Shown here: piece after piece, positions 26,947-40,100 of the stretch | Position numbering within the stretch: position 1 is the stretch's first letter | Layout of the letters: each line of letters opens with the position of its first letter | Origin: Lama glama | Lineage: Eukaryota | Assembly (NCBI GenBank): GCA_028534125.1 | Contig: CM052818.1 | Location: 8,372,001 to 8,436,000 of the forward strand | Length of the DNA: 64,000 nt | Direction: 5' to 3' | The notes under the pieces: model-generated | Seen by the model: the letters and a program-made list of their open reading frames with translations, nothing else | Database searches by the model: none | Told to the model about the DNA's origin: nothing | Position numbers and translations under genes: made by a program

Positions 26947-27967
26947 CTTAAAAGCAAAGATACAGAATTAGGAGCCAAAAAAAAAAAAGCATGTAATCTA
27001 CTTTTGTAAACTAATCAATGGTTACACAATCTTTCAAAATAAAAGACTGCAGCTTTATGAAATTACCTACAGAAAATATTAATGTTGACTAGAAGCTGTG
27101 GAATGAATACATACATTTTGACTAAAAGGAATAGATTTTTACTGGCTAAAACTTGGGTTAAATTTAACTACATTTTTATTAGAACATATTCTCATAAGGT
27201 ATGAGGTCCATATACATATTATACACATTCTTCAAATTTGCTAATCACAGTATAATCCGGCAAAGATATTTTTAAAAGTTCTGTTTTATTTTTACAGTCA
27301 TACAGAATTGATAACACTTAAGTGTCTTCCAAATTTGCATTTTGAATGATTTTAAATATCGGTGGCAACAATTCTTTAAATTCTTGACAATACAACATTT
27401 ATAGAAAACTCAAAGCTATCATATTTTGCTTTAAAAAAAAGTAATACTGGTTTTCTCTAGGGCTCACTTTCCTTACAACAATGAACCGTATCAAGATTGA
27501 AACAGTATTTTCCTGGATTAATTTGTACTTTTTACAATATATGTTTGGAGAATAATAGATTACCAATGGAAATCAGCTCTTAAATGGTGATCTTTATGTT
27601 TTAAAATAACAATTTTAAACCTTTCTCTGTAATTTTAAGCAAAGATTATCAGAAGAATAAAAACCTTTTGTAATTATGTATGGTAATGGATGTTAACTTG
27701 GCTTACTGTGATCAATTTGTAATCGATACAAATATCAAATCACTCTCATACACCTGAAACTAGTATGTGAATTATACCTCAATTTAAAAAATATTTAAAA
27801 AATTAAAAATTAGCAATCTTAGTACCCAGAGATAATCACTGTTGAATCATGCTTTTTTCAACTTCATATTCTATTGTGAGCACTTTCTCCTGCCCTTAAA
27901 TATTTCTTTGCAAACATGATTTTAAATTGTCTACCTAGCATTGTATTAACACGAACACATCATACTT

Positions 27968-28467
27968 NNNNNNNNNNNNNNNNNNNNNNNNNNNNNNNNN
28001 NNNNNNNNNNNNNNNNNNNNNNNNNNNNNNNNNNNNNNNNNNNNNNNNNNNNNNNNNNNNNNNNNNNNNNNNNNNNNNNNNNNNNNNNNNNNNNNNNNNN
28101 NNNNNNNNNNNNNNNNNNNNNNNNNNNNNNNNNNNNNNNNNNNNNNNNNNNNNNNNNNNNNNNNNNNNNNNNNNNNNNNNNNNNNNNNNNNNNNNNNNNN
28201 NNNNNNNNNNNNNNNNNNNNNNNNNNNNNNNNNNNNNNNNNNNNNNNNNNNNNNNNNNNNNNNNNNNNNNNNNNNNNNNNNNNNNNNNNNNNNNNNNNNN
28301 NNNNNNNNNNNNNNNNNNNNNNNNNNNNNNNNNNNNNNNNNNNNNNNNNNNNNNNNNNNNNNNNNNNNNNNNNNNNNNNNNNNNNNNNNNNNNNNNNNNN
28401 NNNNNNNNNNNNNNNNNNNNNNNNNNNNNNNNNNNNNNNNNNNNNNNNNNNNNNNNNNNNNNNNNNN
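27968..28467. other. Assembly gap (500 N)
   Basis: Run of exactly 500 N. Confidence 1.
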
Positions 28468-29631
28468 AGTGATTTGATATAATTGCTGATGTTACATCTG
28501 GGCTATAATTATTTTCAGTGCTGTTATGGTAAAAAATGAAGCGATATTGTGAGCATAAAGTTTAGGAATGTAGTTTTTGAAGACAGACAAGGTTGGTTTT
28601 GAATTCAAACTTTAAACATTTATTATGTGATTTTAAGGCAACTTTGTAAATCTCAGTTTTCCCATGTATATAATAAGCTTTAACCACTTACCACGTAGGT
28701 TGTAAAGTCTGAGATGTGTGTAAGACATATAATGGTCATCATATGTTTTAGCCACTCATATGGGCAACACTATGACTTTGTTAAGCTTATACAGCCATAT
28801 TAAATTATCAAATTTCCTCTAGTCAAATGCAATTAATTATTAGAGTTTCTAAGAAAGAACTCTGTCAATTAAATTCTAACCTACTATTTAAGTAACATCT
28901 TGATTTCAGAGAAGTTAAAATGTAAAAAGATGTGTATCTTAGAATTGATGAAATACAGTGTACAAAAGAAAAAAATCAGATTTTTAATTGTTCAAATTTT
29001 AGCTGCTATATATAAGAAAAAAATCTACCAAGTAGTAGCACTTACACTATAACTTTTGGTATCAGGCAGTAAATACTTTTGCCAAAAAATCTTTAAATTT
29101 GCCCTAAGCAATATTCTAACCAATAAACCAACGGCCAACAAACAAACATATATGGAGTTGTAGACAGATGCTGACTGTATCAGTCTGTGCATTTCCTTAA
29201 ATTACATCACTTAAATAATCTGAATAGAATCACAGCATGACACAGTTTGAGATCTAAAAGGGCTCTCAGAGGTTATTTCATTTAACATAAGTGAAAAATA
29301 AGATTTAAAGAATTTAAATGGCTGGTTAATGTGTCACATGGGTAATTACTGACAGAGCCAAGATGAGAATCCAGGTTTACTGAGCATTTTTAATTTTTAA
29401 ATACTAATCAATTTCTAGACTTAACTAAACACATTTACCTTAAAAACTCAGTTTATAAGAAAAATCTGTATTGAAATTCAAACTTAGGCTCACCAAATTC
29501 TGCAACTGACAATCACTGGATGTTTACTGATTATCTACTATATATAGACACTATGATATCCTGAAAGTTTAGGTACTTAGAACCTTTGACTTAAGATTTT
29601 GATTAGGAGAACAGGGGTTGATTTGTTAGTT

Positions 29632-30847
29632 ACTATTTTTCTTTGATTCTAAGACGCACATTTTAACACCTCTGAAATCTTAAAATTGATGACATCTTAT
29701 AATCTCTGTCATACAGGTAGTAGTCAAGACATAGCTGTCAATGCCTACATATACATGTGCTTGATAATTCTGGTGGCATGACCGCAATTTCTTGATGTTT
29801 CAGTCAACAACCATTTGAATACTATTTGAGAATGGAACATAACTCCAGGTTATTGTCTGAAAATCTTTTGTTGGGACCTACGAGTAAGGTTAAGAAAGTG
29901 CTATTATCAGTGAGTACCACAGAGAAGAAAATCCCAGGACAACAGTGGAGAGATGCTGTAATTCAGAGGTTCTCAACCTTTTTGGTCTCTGAATCCCTTT
30001 ATGTGCTTAAAAACTGAGGATTCCTAAAAGCTTTTACTTATGTGGGTTATGTATCTATATATATATAGAGAGAGATTTGTCATTTTATAAATTAAAACCA
30101 AGACATTTAAAAATATTTATTTATTCATTCCTTTAAAATAAATATAATAAACCCAAGATGTTAACATATTCTAATAAAAATAACTACATTGAAAATAAAA
30201 CTAAGTGAGAAGAATGGCATTACTTAGTATTTTTTGGAATTCAGTCTTTAATATCTGACTTAATAGAAGGCAGCTAGAAACTCACATCTAATTCTGTATT
30301 CAATCTCTTGAGATACCACAAAATATGTAGCCTCCAGAAAATGCCACTGTACACTTGTGAGAAAATGAAAGTGAAAAAGGTAAATAATGTTTCAGTACTA
30401 TTATGAAAATAGTTTCAACTTTGGAGTCTCTCTGAAAGTCTTGGAGAGCCTCAGAGGTCCCCAGATCATACTCTGAGAACTACTGTTGTAACATCATGCT
30501 TTTGATGGTACAGAGGACAACACTATGTTGAAAAACAGGAACACCAACAACTCTATACCAAAATGATTCAAGAAGAGTCAGATTCTAAATTCTATGATAA
30601 TTATACCTTAACCAGTTTATTTTGCTAACAAACTCCCTTTTACATGTACATAAGAGCATTATGTGATTAAAAAATCCATGCCTAAATAAGTCTAAAAGAA
30701 CTATTTCAATAGGTATAAAACAAAAATTCTATGAGATGAGAAAACCACATATCATAGTTTATTGGCAGTGTTTTTCTTTCTTTGTGGTACATAAAATAAT
30801 AGTATATCTTATCATTGATGGTACCACAGATTCAATTAAATACAGTA
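29632..30847. mobile_element. TcMar-Tc2 (Kanga/MER104-like) DNA transposon relic with a nested Charlie element
   Basis: Terminal inverted repeats tactatttttctttgattctaagacgcac ... agattcaattaaatacagta. Related fragment at ~28890-28959. Confidence 0.6.
29964..30485. mobile_element. hAT-Charlie (Charlie1-like) internal-deletion element
   Basis: TIRs cagaggttctcaa ... tgagaactactg, degenerate 8-bp TSD ctgtaatt/ttgtaaca. Confidence 0.75.
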
Positions 30848-31351
30848 AATATTGTAAGGTCCAATCTCTGCCATATTCCCCTCATGGGGAGAAATCTGAA
30901 TGTTACTGTGATTTTAAACCACAACTAATGATGGGACTGAAAATACCAATTGCAATACAACTAAAATATTTGAAGAAAATGCTTTAAATGAGAAATATTT
31001 AATTTGGCATTGTACATTTCCAGGATGACATTCTTACTAAATGGAATACTGAAATATCTTTGACTTACCTATAAAATACTGTTTTTATAAAAGGTTAATA
31101 ACATTTTTATTTGAAAAGTTTAACATTCTTTATTCTTCAGTCTTGAAATTGGGGTTTATTTATAGGCTTAAAGTATTATATCACAAACTTATATGAAGTT
31201 TATGGTGCATTTCTGGTTTTTCTAAAATGGGAAATTATACTTCATCTTTAATCATCTGTAAAAGTGTTCCATGAATACAAAAAGAAACAAAACAAAAAAA
31301 CCAGAATAACTATTTACTAAATATATGTATCCATCATTCTCACTCACTTAC

Positions 31352-32254
31352 CTGGACTGTTTTTGCCAAGTGATCTGCATGATTTAAGGTGGTTCTATCA
31401 GCATCTGGATCAGACTCTGTCTGCCTCAGTGAAGTACGTTTTTTCTTTGCAAGGTCTGCATCTCTACTGTACGAGTATCCAAGTTTAGAAGTGGGAGATA
31501 AACTTGGTTTTTTGACAGGTGATTCAGGATCTGATCTGCATTCTAAGGGTCTGGAATTCTCTGATTTTTCTTGTTCCAAGTTACTACTGATGTCTAGAGT
31601 CTGAAGCTTTTGCTCATTGGTCTCGTCACAAATAAAGGGTGGAGACACATCCTTCTTCTTATCACTAACGTATAAGTCACTTAATTCTAAAGTCTCAGTT
31701 TTCAATAGTCTCTTCTTGCCTAACAAAGCTTGTGTGTGGTTTGAATCTGCACTGTAACACATTCCAGGGTCATCTGATCCTGAAGTCCTTCCAGAGCTCT
31801 GCTGGGACTTTTGGGGTTCTGTGTCACTTTTAGTCCTGCGACAGTAAGGGGAGGCTGTGCTTGGACTGAGATGATCATCAGGAGTCTGGTGTTCACTTTC
31901 TGACTCTCCAACTCCACTATCATTTACAAATACAGAGTCATCCTGTGATAAGAAGTCCACCGCTCCGCTGGGAGGCTGCTGCAGTTCAGGCGCCCGCTTC
32001 AGATCACTAAGCTCTGCGTAGAATTTTTCTTGATCAACAGAACTGTTTGTATCTGTTTCATAGTTTCCAACTTTATATGTGCTTTTACTGCTGTTTTCTT
32101 CTATCTGAACAACATTTAGTTCTTGGCCACTGAAGTGTGCCCTTATTTGATAGAGATAAGTCATAACAGTCAGTTTGTCAGGAATTGCTAATAAAACCAT
32201 ATCGGAAGGTTCCAATAACCGGGAAATTCCTATGCTGGCAAATCCATCATATGC
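31352..32254 (-). CDS. EHBP1: EHBP1 large coding exon (903 nt), end of CH domain plus Ser-rich linker
   Basis: Lies within the 321-aa [44 protein letters not shown]...[10 protein letters not shown] (301 codons). Acceptor ttccttcctctgaag, donor gtaagt, phase 0 to 0. Confidence 0.97.
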
Positions 32255-34650
32255 CTTCAGAGGAAGGAAAAACAAAAGATACATTGAAGAGTTCAGACAA
32301 TCCATAAATTTTAATTTTTTAAAAAAGAAATTTAAAATATCACCACCAGCCTACATATTTTACAAACAGCAAAAACAGCAAAATAATGGATGTTAACTAG
32401 ATTTACTGTGGTGATCATTTCACAGTGTATACAAATATTAAATCATATTGTACACTTGAAACTGATATGTAACAGGTCAATTATACCTCAAAAAAAGTTT
32501 AAAACATAAATGAAGTTACCATAAAAAACAGGAAAATTTTAATGGATTTTTATTATTGTTGGAGGGTGTTTATGTTACTGACAGACATTATGCCACACGA
32601 GCAGAACAAAATTCCAAGTCAGAATTTGTAAAAGTAGAGTAGATTCAAGAGAAAAACATTTTTCTTAATTAGTAACAATTGAGATGTTCTTTTCCAGTAC
32701 AGAAAATAAGCAAAAATGAGAATTAATAAAAAAGTCTTAGAACTGATTTTTGTGATAAAGAACTAAGGTATAAAGATACAATAATTCATCTAGAGCTTTA
32801 TTATTCCTATCAACTTTTCTTTTCCCTGGCCATGTAATTGCAGTGATTTGTGAAGAAAAAGTACAACAACAAAAAAAGTGCTATTTAAGTCTAGAAACAT
32901 AGAAACATTTTTTAAATGTCCAATTAAAACTGATTTTCATAATGAGAAGAGTGACTTCATTTCCACTTCATCCATTTTGGAAAGAAATGTTTTGAGTAGT
33001 ACAACCTAGTTCAGAATGTGAGGCTGCATTGTATTATTTCTGTTAGCCTTTAAATGACTGTGGCACATCAGGTTTTTCTAGTTTTGAAGAATCAAAGCTG
33101 TTTCTCAATTTACAATTAATTATTACTATCCTGAACTAACCCTTGAAAACAGTACTGTGTTGCTAGGAAGCATTAAAAATATGGCTAAAGGTAAATATAC
33201 TCTTGGAAGAAGTAAGGACCCTCAAGTTATATTCTTGCTTTTGGATATAAAATGTCTAGTCTTTGTAACAACCTAGATGGAGGACCGTAACTAGAAAAAA
33301 GTTTTCTAAAAATTATGTAACAATTCAGAAGGAATTAACTTACATGTTAAAGTGCATTTCTACCTTGGAATTTAATCACTGTCTTGTATTCTTCCTGTAC
33401 TTCAATAAATGTTGTGGAATAAGTAAGAAAAAAATGAAAAATAAATTATGATATTAAAGCCTTTTCAATTTTCACAGCACTATGTTTCATAATTTAAGTA
33501 CTGCAAAATATTTACTTGAGAGAATAGCTCAGTTGGTATGCATGTTTGGGCCTGTTTGTTATTTTACATATTTTAGGAAAATTAAAGTCATTTTCCTCCT
33601 CATGTGTCTTGACAACTTGACCGACAGACATCAATTGCAGACCATCAGGAAAAGCGCCACAGGCAGTATTCTAAATACTTCCCAATTATCTAAAACACTG
33701 ACATATTGGTTAAGATCAGATGTCACAGGTAAATGCTGTTTTTATTCAGCACTTTTTACAGACTTGGGAAAATGATTAGCTTCCTTGTGGAGAATCTCCT
33801 GCTGGTGTTTTGCTTCATGTAGCAATTCATTTTATGTACACTAATTGCACTAAAACAACATTTAAAAACAAACCAGGTTTCTTGTAAGCGAGGTCAAGAC
33901 TTTATAAAGGAATTTTCCCATAGGTTAACCTCTTCTGCTATGGTCAATCACCTACTGCCTTTTTAGCTGTTTGTGTGTGGAGAAAAAGAGGTTCTTTCAA
34001 AGAAAATGGTCTTATTCATTCCTAGATGTCATTTAATTGGTAAGGAGTCACTGCCAGTCATGGTGTGCATCTGCATGGAACTTAAGACACAGGCATTGTT
34101 TCTTGCACTGCTTTAAGTTCAATTAAGGGCAGATGGGGTTATCGGGAAGCACTGTGTGAAGCCGGAAATAAATCTGCAGGTAGCAACTGATACTCATTGT
34201 AGATATCAGGTAAGAAGTTGCAAAGTGATGACAAGGAAAGTATAACAGTTATTTATTGAATTGTGCAATGAATAGGATCATCTACATTAAAATCCTTTTC
34301 AAAAAGCTGTAATTATCTGTCCTTTAAGATTTAATTGAGAAAAAATTTTAATGGGATATACTTCTCCTTGTAGTAATATGTGAATTCAAGGTATGCTTGA
34401 ATTATTAAGTTCCTCACAAAATGTAAAGAAGTGTAAATTAAGCCCTAATGAGATTTCCCATACTCTTTAAAAATATATAGCTAGGTAAAATCAAAAATGT
34501 TTCCTTTTCAAAATCTCAAACAGTAACATGAAAGCTTCACTTTATAAAAATAATGTTTTGTTATATAATGCTTTTATCTGCAGTTAAATCAGCTTAGTAT
34601 TCTGTTGAAATGCAAGAAAATACAGATAAAGAACTGTCATATCTAAAGAT

Positions 34651-34804
34651 ATGGTCGTCTCTTGGTATCCATAAGGGACTGATTCTAGCAGCTCCTGCAG
34701 ATACTGAATCTGGGGATGCTAAATTCCCTTACATAAAATGGTAGAGCACAGCCAGACCTCTGTATTCATTGTTCCACATTTGCAGATACAGAGGGCTAAC
34801 TGTA
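34651..34804. mobile_element. TcMar-Tigger MITE (MER2/MER8-like)
   Basis: gtcgtctcttggtatcc...gatacagagggctaactgta TIRs with flanking TA. Confidence 0.7.
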
Positions 34805-35172
34805 TAACTTAACTGATGAAAAAACAAGGCATTTCACTTTGATAAGACACAGGCTCTTCAAAATCATACAGGAAATAATTCATGAAAATGACTTATTTCG
34901 TAGCATGATTTGTATAAAGAAAATTACACTGATTTTTAAAGATTACTTTTGGTAGCATATTTTAATTTTAACAAATTGACAGTTTTTAAATATATTTCTC
35001 TAGGGTCAGCATCATGCATGTGCAAAGAAATTAGAATTTTTTAATGGAAATATAAATTTTTGCTTTGAGAGATCAATAAAAGTAAAACAATTTTTTAAAA
35101 TTTAAATTTTCATCTATCAAGGTTCCTTTTTAATGATCTAATTTAAAGTAGATTAAAAACTTTAGTCTAGAC

Positions 35173-35592
35173 CAGAGGTTATTACTCACTTTGTCCCATG
35201 AATTATTTTGGCAATGAACCCCTTTTCAGAATAATATTTTATGTGTATAAAATGTATATGATTATAAAAGAAACCAATTATATTGAAAAATAAAAATTTG
35301 AAAATATTAATATAACTGATTTGAGAAACAATAAACGTTCTTTTTTATGGATGAATTAACTATTGCAATTATGAACAAGTGATGTGCTTAAAAGGTATTT
35401 GTAGACATTTGCAACTGTAAAGTCATAAGAAAATATCTGAGATTCTAAAGTTGATAGTGTCTCAGGCATTGCTAATACTACAGTAGTTTGTTGTCTAAAT
35501 GCATAACTGAAGAAAATAAAATATATTTCTTCCCTAGCCATGTTCAAGGATCCCTTGAATTCTACCCACAGCTCCCAGGTTAAGAACTCTTG
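35173..35592. mobile_element. hAT-Charlie MITE-like relic
   Basis: Ends cagaggtt...ccaggttaagaactcttg, flanked by hAT-type target sites gtctagac / ctctaaga. Confidence 0.6.
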
Positions 35593-36356
35593 CTCTAAGA
35601 CAATACATTCCATTAACTTTTCAGTTGAAGAATTCAAATCAGCACAAAAACACTGAGTACCTGCCGTGTGTTGTTAGGTACTTTCCTCCTTTGTTATGTT
35701 GTTGTGCACGTAGAAAATTGTAATGTACTGTATTTAGGAGTACATAGTTAAGCCAGCATGCAGCCAACCAACTAGCCTAGAGGGCTCCAGCAACTCAGCC
35801 CTGCGCAGCTACCCTGAAGATTCAAAGGATCAATATCTTCTCCACAACAACTGGGAAGCTCTGCCCTCAGTATATTAATTATGTGGAAAAAACTGTATAG
35901 CTTACCAGAAAATGGGAAAAAAACTGAAAAAACAAAAACAAAAACAAGAACCCAAGTTCATACCATCTTGCTCCCAGAAACATATGCAATCTTTCTTGCA
36001 TACCTATAAGGCTCCCGCTCTCACCCTAACAGATTTTTCTAACCTCATAGCCTAACAGTTTGGGGTGCACTTTTTAAAGGCTAAATCTTGAATAAAAGCA
36101 ATATGCTTTAATAAATATTTGGCAGTTAATGGAGTTTGTACACATATAATAATCTGATGCCATTTTGGCACTTCTGATTTTGAAAGGCCATGACAAACGA
36201 GAGTAAACTTCCTATTTGAATTGCAGGAAACAGACTACCTTCTGTGAGCTATAGTTATGACCTCACAAAACAACCTCACTTTCCCCAAATTAATAAAAAA
36301 TGCTGCAGAGAAGCGAAAATTGAAACTATGTATTTTTTTTCTTTGGCAATCCTTAC

Positions 36357-36405
36357 CTTTTTGTTGTTCTCTTTAATATCTTGAGGATTCAGAGACTTGT
36401 AGTCA
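36357..36405 (-). CDS. EHBP1: EHBP1 coding exon (49 nt), CH domain
   Basis: T plus DYKSLNPQDIKENNKK. Acceptor ttctccctcag, donor gtaagg. Phase 2 to 0 completes the Ile codon of the previous exon. Confidence 0.96.
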
Positions 36406-36990
36406 CTGAGGGAGAAAATGGCACAGTAGGTACATACAGTATTTGATAAAAACAGCTGTTTCTAAAAACTTGACATTCAGTAATATTAAAGACTAACTAG
36501 CAATTTCACAGCAACAAACAACAAAACTAAGAGTGTGGAAAATTAAGGAAAATAAATAAATAAATAAATAAAAACAGTGATTACATATTCCACTGCCTGA
36601 AGCTTTCCATCTAAAAGAGAAAGGAGAGGACCAGAGACTAGCCTTGACAACCAAATTTACCATGAGGTAATAATCTCTTATTGTCAATGTATAAAGAGCT
36701 ACAGGTTTATTTTGTCTCATCTCATTTTAACGTAAGAAAATTTTCATAATAATCTGAAGTCAGTTCTTTGTATGAGATTAAGGAAAAAAATAATTTCTTT
36801 TAAAATAGAAAAGATTGTTTTTAGGCATCAAAAAGGAAGAACTTCTCTTTCTGGGCTACATTTCTTCTCCCCAAAAGAAAGAGGTATGCATAATGAAAAG
36901 AGTCAAGTATTTTATGTGCTATTTTGTTTTTTCAAAAATCTATTTATTATTTACAAAATATTTACAGGAATGGACAATGTTTCTACTTAC

Positions 36991-37169
36991 ATTAAATCTG
37001 GTCTAAAGTGGTGTAATATTGCACAAAAAGATAAGCCATTTCTCCACGATGTAGTAAAATTGGTGATTTTCACTCCTCGGTAGTTTTTTGTAACTTCTTT
37101 GCACCATACAAGCAATGATTGACTAGCATTTGGCTTTCGTCCCAAAACAGGACTTGGTATAGGACTCGG
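36991..37169 (-). CDS. EHBP1: EHBP1 coding exon (179 nt), start of calponin-homology domain
   Basis: Translates [59 protein letters not shown] plus 2 nt (AT), matching EHBP1 as I recall it. Acceptor ttttttctag, donor gtaagt, phase 0 to 2. Confidence 0.97.
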
Positions 37170-40100
37170 CTAGAAAAAAGGAAAGAGGAAAACATTAAAA
37201 TAATTTAATGGAAGATGAAAATTAACATTAATTGACCTAACTAGATCATTTGAACACTTTGATGTTAGTTTAGGTCCTTCAAACTGTCACTTCAAGACAG
37301 TTGTAAACTCTAAGGAAGGAGACATGAATCTGAAGTTATTATCCTCAGTTTTAGCCTATGGCATTTGCCTGACAAAATGTAGATATGTAAGATTTTAACC
37401 TTATACATAAGAACAGGCCAAGAACTGTACTGATGGACACATTATATTAAAGTATTTAAATACTTAAGGCTGAAAATCTATATAACTCACACTCTAAAAA
37501 AATTTCCCCAAATGCAATCATTTACAAATATAGTTCCTTTTTGACTAGATTAAAAAGAATATATTTTGAAGTTGAACTGTAGCGCAAGTTACTGGTGGAG
37601 AGGTTCAAAATCACAATTTAAAAAAATACAGTAATCATATGCATTTTAATGCAATGATAAACATTCAAACGTATTTCTTATATAAATTTAATGATGGCAG
37701 AACGGGTTTAGTTATTAGCAACAGTAAGGTGTTGGAAGCAACAGCACACAACAGTATGTAATTTGGATTTGCTCAAAATATCTTCTAACTATTGATAGCT
37801 ACTTTTGAATATTATTAGGTCAGCTAGGTATGTGGGTATGAGGGATGTATATTTTAAATCTTCAGCATTCACTTGGTTTTTTCCCCTTGTTCATATACTT
37901 AAAACAACAATGGTGACAACAAAACAAAGACTACATAATAAGATTTTTATCCTAAACTTTTATTATTCTAAAAACTGTGTCATTTTCTTTTACTGAATAA
38001 AAATCACATTTTGTGATGGTAACTATAGAGGCTGATACAATGGCAAACTATAAAGGAAACTACTAAATGTTTCTGGATTTTAAATCTTGCTATTATGAGT
38101 GCTGCCTATAGCTATGAACAGAGGTCCTCTAAAGTAAGGTGAAAGGAGAACAATTATTTACCCCTAGTATCGTTTAAGTTTAACAAGCAAACCAGTCTTG
38201 CACACAGCTTACTTAAGAAAGACCAATGATGCCCCCATTTGACAAAAGCATGTTAGTGCCAAACAATTAAAATTATCAACCCCACATGATTATGACATGC
38301 GTTCACTGTTCCTGTGGGAAGATGACTAAGAAACACCAAGGATGTAATTTCTTATTTTTTTATTAACTGTCAGATTAACAAATTGTTACATAAAAACCAT
38401 GAATTTAGAAAAGTGCTGTTCTTTAAATAATCACCTATATAATGTCAACACTGAAAAATTTCCAGGTCATAAAAAGCAATACATTTGGATCAGTTCTACT
38501 TAATACGAAGAAAGAGGTAGAAATAGAATTCCCAATACAGAAAGGTATTTAGTTTAGAATAAATAACAGTCCTTTTAACTATCAATCTAGCATTATAAAA
38601 ATGAACTATTAAGTATCTTTTTACCTAAAGATGATTTTTCATTGTGACTTTCAAATCCCTCTAGTCACTAAACCTGGAACTGGAGTGAAGAGTGGTCTAT
38701 TGATGAGGCAGGGGATCAATGAACTGGGCACAAACTTTTTTTTTAAGATTTTCTATTATTTAAAGGATTGTCTTTATTTAAATATTTCTCTGTATCCAAT
38801 TATACTATTAAGGCATTGATTCATTCCAAGCATGGGCAGCATGTACACGGGCCATATAACCTGCAACAATCATTACACTGATTAATTCCAATCATTAGTA
38901 GCCTGTACATAAGTAATGTACACATGTCATTATCGCCATGCTGGAATCCAGAGTGGCTTTCTGTAATAAAGAATTAAGGAAAACATACCATGTTATTATG
39001 ATCATGAATATATCCTTGTTTCTAAGAAGGCTCAGAATGAAAAGGCTAGAAGAACTAAACTTCGGATTTACCCTAACACAAAACCCTTGCATTAGAACAT
39101 CTCACAGGGATGCTTATTGTGCGGGCAGGAAATAGAAGCCACATGTAACTGATGAAATTATAAGCCCTATAAGTGGTCATGCTGGTTGCAAAGAAAACTG
39201 AAGTAGAGCCACCGTTCAATGTATCATCCACTTCAGAAGTGCTGATCCTTCATCTAATATTTTGCAGAGGGTAATAAAGAAATAATAGTTAAGTCATTTT
39301 GAATCTTCAGTATATAAATGGATAAAAATGCTTGTTTCTTGCTATAGACAGCTCCTGATTTTGTATGTGGCAGATTACCTGACTTTTCTGTTTCAGTTTC
39401 CTCATCTATAAAATGGTAACAAGATCTCCCTCCTGATCATTATGCTCACTGTCACTCTCTCTTGATAACTTTGAACCAAACTAAGCTCTGTGTTGTTCCT
39501 CGGATACCTCAGATATGGTCCCACCTTAGTGCCTTTATATGGATTGTTCCATTTGCCTGGGTGCTCCCTCAGATATCTGCAGTGGTTTACTTGAATACAC
39601 CCAACCCTATCAGGCCAATTCTGATCACCCTATCTAAGAATGCAACCATCTCCATTGTCCAACCAGTCCTCCTGACTTCCCCTTACCTTGCTGTAGTGTT
39701 TCCATAGTATACGGACCTTCCTATGGTCCCTTTATTTTGGTCATTACCAAAATATGCTTATTAGCTATGCTTACTGCTTATTACCTGTCCATCCTCACCA
39801 AATAAAAGGGCTATGAGGGCAAGAATTTTAGTTTGTTTTATTAATTAATGTATCCCAGAGCAGTTCCCGGCATACAGCAGGCACTCAGTATATATCATTT
39901 AAATGAATAAATGCGTGCAAAACATTTAGCACAATGTATGGCACATACTAACTATTCAGTAAATGTTGACTAAAATTATTATTACTACCACTGATGCATT
40001 ATCAGCATTTGAATTCTAGTTTTTGAGGGTCTTTTGAAACTTTAAAGGCCATGAATTTCTTCAAGATAGTGAACAAAATTTTTGCAAACAAAGCTTTAAC

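Noticed and set aside
27916..28482. 188-aa ORF
   Set aside because: Artefact of the 500-N gap
32255..32305. N-terminal extension of the 321-aa ORF ([17 protein letters not shown])
   Set aside because: Intron polypyrimidine tract read in frame. The exon begins at 32254.
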